Positions 50,807 to 59,289 of a DNA stretch of 64,000 bases are shown here, one piece after another. The position numbers and the translations under genes were made by a program. Origin of the DNA: Minutocellus sp. GHC0000111 (lineage: Eukaryota); the NCBI GenBank assembly GCA_977018835.1, contig OZ361258.1:3286001-3350000 (forward strand). The letters run 5' to 3'. Numbering within the stretch: position 1 is the first letter of the stretch; every line of letters starts with the position of its first letter. The notes under the pieces are model-generated. The model worked only from the letters and a program-made list of their open reading frames with translations, made no database searches and was not told the origin of the DNA.

Positions 50807-52027
50807 AACAGACTCTTCTTTGTGTCGGTAGCAGAAAGGAGCTGCTGGAGAAGCGTTGTTTGTCTCGATCGGAGCAAACGTGGAAACACCCTTACAAAAA
50901 GGGCGTTTGCAAGGTTTCGGGTAGGATTGAGCAAGTCATCACAATGCATGGTGAGACTTCGAGTCCACCATGTTATCATTTGGCGTCTTGTTGCAATGGA
51001 TCGGTGCATATTTGTACAAATGTGGTTGGAAATGAAGAACTATTTTGCTGGATTTTGTCGAAGTCGAGAGGCTTGACCATATCAAGCACTATGCATGGCG
51101 CGGTGAATCTAGGCTAGTAGTGATGCAAGATTGATAGCATGCGAATGACTTTAACTCGTATTACTTTGAAGGTTCATAATTTTTTTTGTAGAATCCCAGA
51201 AGTACCCGTATTTATAATACTTGCTTCCACTTTTACTAGTAATGCTTTCTTGGACCTGACATTTGAATTAGAATTTCGTCTAGAAATAAGTTGCGATTGT
51301 CTTCGTCGTCGCCGATCAACCTGATAGCGTCCCCTGCACATGCATGTTTTCCTGGTCTGCGCGCCGGTAGTAATGTACTGAGGTGGCTTCTTGTCATGAC
51401 TAAAGTTGGCCTGTATCATTGAAACACATTCGTTCCACCTTCGTGCTTCGAAGATCTCCCCTGCAATAAATGACCATAAAATTATTTATTCGGGGTAGGC
51501 TGGCCAATCTCTTTACCAATCCAATCCGAATAGAAATGGATCGCCTCCAATCAGCTGCTAGCCTGGTGTTCCAGAATGAACCGATTCCTCATATACTGGT
51601 CAGTTTCTAACGCAACGCCTTCTTCAACTACGTAATTTTATCATCAACGCTTGATGAACTTTCCTACTCTGCACTGGTAGATAGATCTACCGGTAGGAAT
51701 TCCTAGAGCTGCTGGAGGAACTACGTAGCTATCTGTTCCCCACATAAATGCAAACCAAAATGCAAGTTAATACTTCAAAGGGAGAGATTAAATTTAAAGA
51801 GACAACTGTCTACGGTACATACCGGTGGTGCTGTTGAGAAACAACAAAACACATCGATCGATCATCTCTCAACAAACACGTCAAGAGTGGCCACCTACGC
51901 AGCTCCGCACAAAGCTAATGATGTTCGCGCTTCTCCACGACAAGTGTTCAAGGTCCCTCCATCATCCATGTAATTTATTTTTTGGAAATGATTTCCTTTC
52001 AAGACTATACAGACTCATTTCATTCAT

Positions 52028-52520
52028 TTAGAGAGCCTTCTTGGAAAGGAAGTCGGTGTGCTCCTGGTAGGGGGAGGTGGTGAGGGCGTTCTCCTTCCAG
52101 AGCTCGGGGCTGAGGTATCCGTAGGTCTTGGAGAGGGCGTAGAAGATGGCCTTGATGTAGTTGCCCATGGTACGGGTGTGACCACGGGCGGAGGAGTAGC
52201 AGTCGTCGACGCCGGCCATGTGCAGGAGCTTCTTACCGGCGATGGAGGAGACGAGCCCGGTACCGCGGGGGGCGGGGATGAGGCGGACGCGGACGGAACC
52301 GCACTTGCCGGTGACCTTGCAGGGGACGGTGTGGGGAAGGCCGGACTTACGGCCCCAGAATCCACGGCGGACGGGGGCGACGTTGAGCTTGGCGGCGGTG
52401 ATGGCACCGCGGATGGCGGTGGCGACCTCGGAGGAGCACTTGACGCCGAGGCCGATGTGGCCGTTGGAATCGCCGACGGCGACGAAGGCCTTGAAGCGGG
52501 TGCGCTGACCGGCGGAGGAC

Positions 52521-52555
<35 letters not shown>

Positions 52556-52972
52556 CTGGAGGCGGTCCTTGAGGAAGAAATCGATGATCTCGGCCTCCTT
52601 GACGGGGAGGGAGAAGAGGAAGATCTCCTCAATGCTGCCAATCTTGCCCTCCTTCACGAGACGGCCGAGCTTGGTGACGGGAGTCCAGACGTTCTCGTCA
52701 CGATCTCCGCGACCACCGCCGCGTCCAAGACCACGGCCACGGCCTGAAGAGAAGTGGGTAAAGCAAGGTATGCAATGGAGTCACATGGTAAGTCCAATGC
52801 AAAGGCAATTCCATTCAGAAAAAATGGGCCAACACATGAACTACTCGGGCCGATTATTTCGACCAAAAGCAGCACAAACAAACTACGCAACTAACTACTT
52901 ACCGCGACCACGGCCGCGACCGCGCTCACCACGGCCTCTTCCGAAGCCACCGCGTTCACCTTCGCCGGACAT
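52028..52972 (-). CDS. RPS2: 40S ribosomal protein S2 (uS5); intron ~52745-52900
   Basis: RGG-rich N-terminus [74 protein letters not shown]. Confidence 0.97.
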
Positions 52973-53084
52973 GATTGGAATATATTAGTACGGTGGTAGA
53001 GAGGGTACACCAAAAGTGAGCGGTGACAATTTTTTCCGCGGTTTACTTGCCGTACTAAAATAAATAACCTGATAAGCAGCACAA

Positions 53085-53094
53085 GCTCATAACC
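53085..53094 (+). promoter_or_regulatory. GCTCATAACC motif in the RPS2/RPL5 bidirectional promoter
   Basis: Exact 10-mer; partial copy ATAACC at 53064. Confidence 0.5.
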
Positions 53095-53131
53095 CAGGAA
53101 AACCTGGAAAACCTTGCCATCATGTGTGTTA

Positions 53132-53886
53132 TGTTAGTCCCAAAATGCGCACTGTCCCAGTTCGCGAACTGGGATCCCAGTTTGCGAACTAGGATTTATT
53201 TATCCCAGTTTGGAAACTGGGATCATAGGCACAATCTCAGTTTGCAAACTGGGATCAATCGAGAAATATAATGAATATTTAGCATGGATGATGTCGCCTT
53301 TGCTTCTCCTCGCTTCATTTTTTCATAGTGAAGCAACACAGCCCAAACCTGGTCCAGACGTCCAGACGACATTAGTGCCGGAGCTGATACTCAATAAATT
53401 GGCATTAGCTGATACTAAACACACATAGTGAATAAATAATAATATCTAGCTAGCTGCTTCTGGCAAATATAAGTCATGAACTGTACATGCATCTGTGCTA
53501 TGCCGCCGGCATCATGTTGCTACTGCACCAGTACATGTAGCTTGCAAATTCAAGATATGATGCACAGTGCAACTTGTATTGTAGATAGATCTACCAGTAC
53601 ATAATCATTGTGCATGAGCCAACACCGGCAGTTACCATTCTGACACTTGCCGAGAATGCCAGTTTCCAAACTGGTATTCATTTTTGTTCCAGTTCGCGAA
53701 CTCGTCTGGTTCCCAAATTCGGATTGGCGTGTTTATCTCAGTTTCCATTCTGGTAGTATCAGTGCGCAAACTGAGATCCTAGTTTGGGAACTGGGGCCCA
53801 GTGCGCAAACTGGGATAAATGAATCTCAGTTCGCAAACTGGGATCCCAGTTCGCGAACTGGGACAGTGCGCATTTTGGGACTAACA
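53132..53886. mobile_element. MITE (755 bp) with ~80-90-bp terminal inverted repeats, TA target duplication and palindromic subterminal repeats
   Basis: TA|TGTTAGTCCCAAAATGCGCACTGTCCCAGTTCGCGAACTGGGATCCCAGTTTGCGAACT... and ...AGTTCGCAAACTGGGATCCCAGTTCGCGAACTGGGACAGTGCGCATTTTGGGACTAACA|TA; no transposase ORF. Confidence 0.93.
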
Positions 53887-53919
53887 TATATTTATTTCCT
53901 CCAATCCACCACCACCAAG

Positions 53920-54812
53920 ATGGTCTTCGTCAAGGTTCAAAAGTCCAAGGCGTACTTCAGCCGGTACCAGGTCAAGTTCCGCCGCCGCCGCGAGGGCCGC
54001 ACGGACTACCGCCAGCGCAAGCGCCTCGTCTGCCAGGCCAAGAACAAGTACCAGAGCCCCAAGTACCGCCTCATCGTCCGCTTCACCAACACCCAGGTCA
54101 TCTGCCAGATCGCCTACTCCCTCATCGACGGCGACCGCATCCTGTGCCAGGCCAACTCCAAGGAGCTCCCCCGCTACGGCCTCAAGGTCGGCCTCAAGAA
54201 CTACGCCGCCGCCTCCTCCAGAAGGTCGGCCTCGACGACGTCTACGAGGGCAACACCGAGATCGACGGCGAGGTCGTCTCCTGCGAGGAGGGAAAGAAGA
54301 CCTACTACGTCGACGAGGTCGACGAGGACAAGCGCCCCTTCCGCGCCCTCCTCGACGTCGGCTGCAAGGCCACCACCACCGGATGCCGCATCTTCGGCGC
54401 CCTCAAGGGGGCCGCCGACGGAGGCCTCGACATCCCCCACTCCGAGAAGCGCTTCCCCGGCTACGACCGCGACGCCAAGGAGTACGACGCCGACATGCAC
54501 CGCGAGCGCATCTTCGGCGGCCACGTCGGCGAGTACATGGAGTACCTCGAGGAGGAGGACAACCAGAAGTACCAGGAGTGCTTCGCCTCCTACATCGCCA
54601 ACGACGCCGACGCCGACGGCCTCGAGGAGCTCTACGAGTCGGTCCACGAGGCCATCCGGGAGGATCCCAGCCCCAGCGCCAAGAACGACTTCAGCCCCGA
54701 CAAGTCCTACAAGCGCAAGGCCAAGCTCACCCTCGAGGAGCGCAAGGCTCGCGTCCAGGCCAAGAAGGACGCGAAAATTGCGGAATTGGAGGCCGACTCC
54801 GATGACGAGTAA
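53920..54812 (+). CDS. RPL5: 60S ribosomal protein L5 (uL18), interrupted by a frameshifting deletion at ~54210
   Basis: [30 protein letters not shown]...GLKNYAAA then frame change to RLLQKVGLD...[24 protein letters not shown]. Confidence 0.93.
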
Positions 54813-54913
54813 ATTATTACTACAGTAGTAAAAATAAATTTGCTTATCCAAGGTCAACCTCAATACTATCTTGAGCAGTATGTTATAATTTCCTCCACTA
54901 GTATTATAGTAGC

Positions 54914-55520
54914 TTAGTTCTGCTTCGCATTGCCAAAGTCAATGCTCCCATTCCTAGCCTTACCATGTGCCATGCCCTCTTCGACGTCCTTTTCAGTGGT
55001 ACTGGCAGCAGCAGCACCATCATCAACACCATCGATATCTGCATTCATCAATTCAGCGACATCCCTCAATGAATTGCAGCCTCTGGACATTAGAATGAGC
55101 TTATCCAATACCTTTGGGCTCATGGCAGATAGCTCTTTTAAGCTCAACAGAACAATCAGGATCGAGGTGAGACTCCCACCACCAAAGGCAGAGGCGGTGA
55201 GAAGCCCATATGCCGCCAGAGCACCCAGAAAGTGGGAGAGGATCGAAAAGTTCGTCGTCCACGCCAAACGATGAAAGAAGCTCCGGAAAGTCGTCCGTCC
55301 AAATATCCAAAAGGATTTGCGACTATTCTTTGCCGTTGACTCCGATCCCCGTGAGACGGCGTCCGCCGAACAACTCATGTAGATCATCTGCCCCTCACGT
55401 ATCATGGTTTCGCATTCTTGTACCTTCCCATACAGCATGTTGAACCATAGAAATGGAGCTCCCATTGTGATCAAGCCAAACCCCACAAATTCTGCCACAT
55501 ATGTGCCATAGTCGGACCCT
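54914..55520 (-). pseudogene. 3' fragment of a membrane protein gene (resembles the end of an ABC transmembrane domain); no ATG start
   Basis: Hydrophobic helices then ...LILMSRGCNSLRDVAELMNA; frame begins without ATG and runs into a stop inside the antisense of the RtcB presequence. Confidence 0.4.
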
Positions 55521-55549
55521 TGCAGTTGTTCCGTGTTCGAATTAGGAAT

Positions 55550-57184
55550 ATGAAGTTGTCGAATGCTCGTGCATCAATCCTGCCGGCCTTGCTAACCATC
55601 GCTGTCGGCACTACAGGCGCTGATGCCTTTGTCCTCTCTCGCGAAACGCCAAGGCACTTCAGTTCGCAGATTCGCAGCAGCAGCGCGGGAGGAGACGAAG
55701 ATTCGCCTACTAGCGAGTTTCCAAGGATTATAGAGACAAAGGGCGTGCCAATCTATTTGTACACGGATGACATTGAGTTCGAAGCCATCGAGCAGCTCAG
55801 GGTGCTTGCCGAGAGTCCCGTCCCAGTTGATTACGTATCGGCAATGCCAGGTGCTCATCTCGGAAAAGGAGTTACCATAGGCTCGGTATTTGCTTCAGAG
55901 AAGTACGTATGTCCGAATGCCGTGGGCGTGGATATTGGATGCGGAATGGCGGCTGTGCCCATCGATGGGCTGTACAAGAACCAACTGACAAACGATCAAA
56001 TGAACGAGATCCAACGGCTCATCAAGGAACAAATCCCAACTGGATTTGAGCAGCATCGCAAGACGCTGGAGGGGACCCGCGAGGTGTTGACGCAGATCAC
56101 CGATGAGGTGGAACCAACTCAGTACCTCAAGGACCAACTTTTGGAGCCTCGTGTCGCCGATCAGCTGGGCACCCTTGGAGGTGGCAATCACTTTCTCGAG
56201 GTGGTGTACGAGGAAGGTACCGAGCAGGTTTGGATCATGTTGCATTCAGGAAGTCGCAACATTGGCAATCGTGTCGCAACGCGGTACGACCAGGTGGCCA
56301 AAAGTTTGCTTTTGAGTCAGGGCGTGGACACCCAACCTCTTCGAGGTATTCACTACATGCCTATCGACTCGCAAGAGGGACAGAATTATCTACGCGACAT
56401 GGAGTGGTGTCAGCGCTACGCCTTTCATAATCGCCAGGCGATGCAAAATATCATTGAGACGATTGTGGAAAGGGTCACCGGCAAACAGGCCAACGTTGCG
56501 AAAGGGACCAACATCCATCACAACTATTGTGCCTGCGAAGATTGCGGTGATGGCAGGCGACTGTGGATAACCCGCAAGGGCGCGACGTCCGCAAAGGCAG
56601 GAGAGTACGGTATTATTCCCGGATCGATGGGTACTGGCAGCTACATCACCCGGGGCCGAGGAAATCTCTTGAGCTGGAATTCATCATCCCACGGTGCAGG
56701 CCGGAGAATGTCGCGAACGAAGGCAAAGGCAGAGATCGCTCAGAGTGATTTTGAAGACGTCATGAAAGGGATTGTTTGCGACACCACGCCGGCCGTCAAA
56801 GACGAAGCTCCGCAAGCATACAAGGATCTCAATGTCGTTATGAAGAATCAAGAGTCTCTCACTGATGTCGTTCACCACCTTCTCCCGTTGATCAATGTCA
56901 AGGGATTCGAAGAGAAGTCGAACAAGGTCCGACGTTCTTCTTCCACCACTCCCAAGTCGAAGACACAGAAGCTCAAGGAAAGGCGGGACTTGATCGAGAA
57001 GCAGATGGAAAGAAACCGAAAGAGTATCAACATCCTCTCTTGCAAACTAGAAACATCCGACTTCCTAGAGAAGGCGCCAAATGAAGTTGTGGAACACACC
57101 AAGGCCGCATTGGACAAACGGCTGAAGAGACAGGAAGCGTTGCTACGAAATTTGGAGGATGTGAATAAAGGGCTTTTGCTGTAA
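55550..57184 (+). CDS. rtcB: Bacterial-type RtcB 3'-phosphate/5'-OH RNA ligase with bipartite plastid presequence and C-terminal ValRS-like coiled coil
   Basis: MPGAHLGKGVTIGSV, AVGVDIGCGM, QLGTLGGGNHFLE, HSGSRNIG, IHHNY, TRKGATSA, IIPGSMG, SHGAGRRMSR, DEAPQAYKD, LINVKG; signal peptide ending ADA|FVL; intronless. Confidence 0.93.
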   Translation: MKLSNARASILPALLTIAVGTTGADAFVLSRETPRHFSSQIRSSSAGGDEDSPTSEFPRIIETKGVPIYLYTDDIEFEAIEQLRVLAESPVPVDYVSAMPGAHLGKGVTIGSVFASEKYVCPNAVGVDIGCGMAAVPIDGLYKNQLTNDQMNEIQRLIKEQIPTGFEQHRKTLEGTREVLTQITDEVEPTQYLKDQLLEPRVADQLGTLGGGNHFLEVVYEEGTEQVWIMLHSGSRNIGNRVATRYDQVAKSLLLSQGVDTQPLRGIHYMPIDSQEGQNYLRDMEWCQRYAFHNRQAMQNIIETIVERVTGKQANVAKGTNIHHNYCACEDCGDGRRLWITRKGATSAKAGEYGIIPGSMGTGSYITRGRGNLLSWNSSSHGAGRRMSRTKAKAEIAQSDFEDVMKGIVCDTTPAVKDEAPQAYKDLNVVMKNQESLTDVVHHLLPLINVKGFEEKSNKVRRSSSTTPKSKTQKLKERRDLIEKQMERNRKSINILSCKLETSDFLEKAPNEVVEHTKAALDKRLKRQEALLRNLEDVNKGLLL

Positions 57185-57570
57185 TTTGATCAAATTGTAA
57201 AAGGATCGTATTAGCGCTTACTAATCTATAGTAGATCTACGTATGCATGACAATTTTCTACAAAGACGTTCTATCAGATTGACATGAGGCGATGGGAAGT
57301 GAAGAAAGTAGATCAAGCAAAGAAAGCCGGAAGTATTTACTCATAACGCCGCTTGCGTATTTGTTGACCCAGCTAGCGGTTAAATAGCTCGGTCTACCCG
57401 AAGCGCATAGGACTGGTACCGGTAGAGCTCTAAGCGCACTGATTCCTGCCTGTTCGCCGATCGATGGAGCTACCAAAAGGGGAAAAAAGGAAGAAAAAGG
57501 TGAAGATCTTTCAATCTCAGATCTTCTGCATGGCAAAATGAGATACCTGCCGCCCCACCAGCAACCAACC

Positions 57571-59127
57571 ATGCATCTTGGTATTAGGTCGGTCTGCCTT
57601 CTCTATTTATCGTCGCCGTCGGCTGCATTCCTCGTACCTGCGGCCACTTCCGCCAGCAACGGCAAAGCCTGCTGGCGGTCTGACCAGCACAGTGATGGAA
57701 AGATTCGCTTCTCGATCTTGACGGCACTTGCTCCTCAGAACGAGAAGCAGGGCGGTCAGGCTAATATCGAAGGAGAAGAAGCAAGTTCAGATGGGATTGC
57801 TGAATCAGGTGTCTTTCTCCATGGCTTTGAGGCCGATCTGGACCAGAAGATGGATGATCTGAAGGCTCAGTATGAGGAGTACAAAGAGTTTTCGGGCTCG
57901 TCGGCGGGAAGAATCGATAACAAGGTGAAGAGCAAAGTAGACGACGGAAGCAAGGACGACGAAACAGAAACCCCCGCCATAACGAGTACTGATCCAAATG
58001 CTAGAGGAAGCTATGGGTATGTGACCACTGGCGATCGTCAGTTGACCGCAGCACAGCTGGAAGTTTTGTTTTTGGTTCCGCGAGAGCTGTGTGCTTTTGC
58101 ATTATTTTTCCTCGAAATCTCTCCATCCTCATCTCAAGAGATCCATATCATTCTGTTTTTGCTGTTTCTTTGGTTTGCCAGGGATGAAGAATATCCTGCT
58201 CCGTACTACACTCCTCCGCCCAATTTCTTCGCTCTTGCGACAAATCAATTTGTTCGCAATCTCGATTCCATGTTGGGAAGGAACAAGGCAACGACAAGCA
58301 AGGGCGACGAGACAGTAGATCTCAGAGCCAAGTTGAACTCGCTGAAACTTCCATCTTGGGATCTTGAAAGCATCGCAGGAGGATCGCTCGGTGTGATAAA
58401 AGAGCCTCTCGTTCTTCGATCACCTTACCACTTGCTTTGTCCTCTCATCGACCTTGTCTATAAGCAGCCTGACGATAAGTTGAACTCGGGAAGCGCCATT
58501 CAACGCCTATACATAATGGAGAAGATTGGTCGGGCACCATATCTCTCCTTTCTTTCTATGTTGAATCTTTATGAATCATTTGGCCTTTGGCGCCCTTCTG
58601 AAGATTTGAGGGTGGCCCATGCCCACCAGGAGTTATCCAAATTCAGAAGACAGAGGATGATCGAACAACTCGGTGGAGATCAGACCTGGACGGCTAGATT
58701 CATTGCAGAACATGCTGCATTGTTTGCCCATCTCACAATCGTTCACCTGTGGTTTCTTTCGCCAAGCCTTGCCTATCGTTTTGCCCAAATGATTGAAAGC
58801 CACGCCTTTCACACGTATGATGCCTTCCTTGAGCAAAATGAAAGTGCGCTCAAGTCGATGCCACTTTCATCCATTTCTGATGCCGACACCAGCACGCCCT
58901 ATTCGAATCTTTTTGAGATGTTCTCTAATTTCAAAGACGACAATTCCATTCACTCTATGAGGCTGGCAGAGGCTTACTATCCATCGGTGGTGTTAAATGC
59001 CGCAGATAGCGAAAAGAAACTATTTCTTGGTCTCTTTGTGACTCTCATGGTCCTAAATTTCCTGCCCTCTAGCCTCGGGGATGGCACTTTCGCCGCTCTT
59101 TTTGATAAGATGCCTGGTTGGCCCTGA
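57571..59127 (+). CDS. Plastid terminal oxidase (AOX/PTOX family)-like protein with degenerate di-iron site; probable intron 58017-58181
   Basis: SAA|FLVP presequence; RLYIMEKIGRAPYLSFLSMLNLYESFGLW, IEQLGGDQTWTARFIAEH, LSPSLAYRFAQMIESHAFHTY, NLFEMFSNFKDDNSIH align to PTOX consensus. Confidence 0.8.
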   Translation: MHLGIRSVCLLYLSSPSAAFLVPAATSASNGKACWRSDQHSDGKIRFSILTALAPQNEKQGGQANIEGEEASSDGIAESGVFLHGFEADLDQKMDDLKAQYEEYKEFSGSSAGRIDNKVKSKVDDGSKDDETETPAITSTDPNARGSYGYVTTGDRQLTAAQLEVLFLVPRELCAFALFFLEISPSSSQEIHIILFLLFLWFARDEEYPAPYYTPPPNFFALATNQFVRNLDSMLGRNKATTSKGDETVDLRAKLNSLKLPSWDLESIAGGSLGVIKEPLVLRSPYHLLCPLIDLVYKQPDDKLNSGSAIQRLYIMEKIGRAPYLSFLSMLNLYESFGLWRPSEDLRVAHAHQELSKFRRQRMIEQLGGDQTWTARFIAEHAALFAHLTIVHLWFLSPSLAYRFAQMIESHAFHTYDAFLEQNESALKSMPLSSISDADTSTPYSNLFEMFSNFKDDNSIHSMRLAEAYYPSVVLNAADSEKKLFLGLFVTLMVLNFLPSSLGDGTFAALFDKMPGWP

Positions 59128-59289
59128 GCTCCCCATCTTTCTTTGTACCGTTTCACTGGTGCACCGCCTTTCTAGTTACAGCTAGTATGGAAGTTTTCAT
59201 TTGAATTGCCATGTTCTAATGTATTGTTAGTATTGTATTAACGCCCGGCACGTGGGAGTCGGAGAAAGTTATCTGTAAAATAATCATTA

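Noticed and set aside
53156..53862. CRISPR-like appearance of spaced palindromic repeats
   Set aside because: Irregular short spacing, arranged as terminal inverted arrays of a TA-flanked MITE, eukaryotic context, no cas genes
53647..53919. N-terminal extension of the RPL5 ORF in the ORF track
   Set aside because: It is MITE sequence read through in frame; the true start is ATG 53920
18390..54863. Long antisense ORFs over MCM3, PLK, SEC61A, FPPS, RPS2, RPL5 and the 41413-43194 ORF
   Set aside because: Expected shadow of strong C-ending codon bias; no independent protein features
55550..59127. Bacterial contamination or operon (rtcB plus oxidase)
   Set aside because: Both carry eukaryotic bipartite presequences, the second has a GT-AG intron candidate, and flanks carry the same host palindromes
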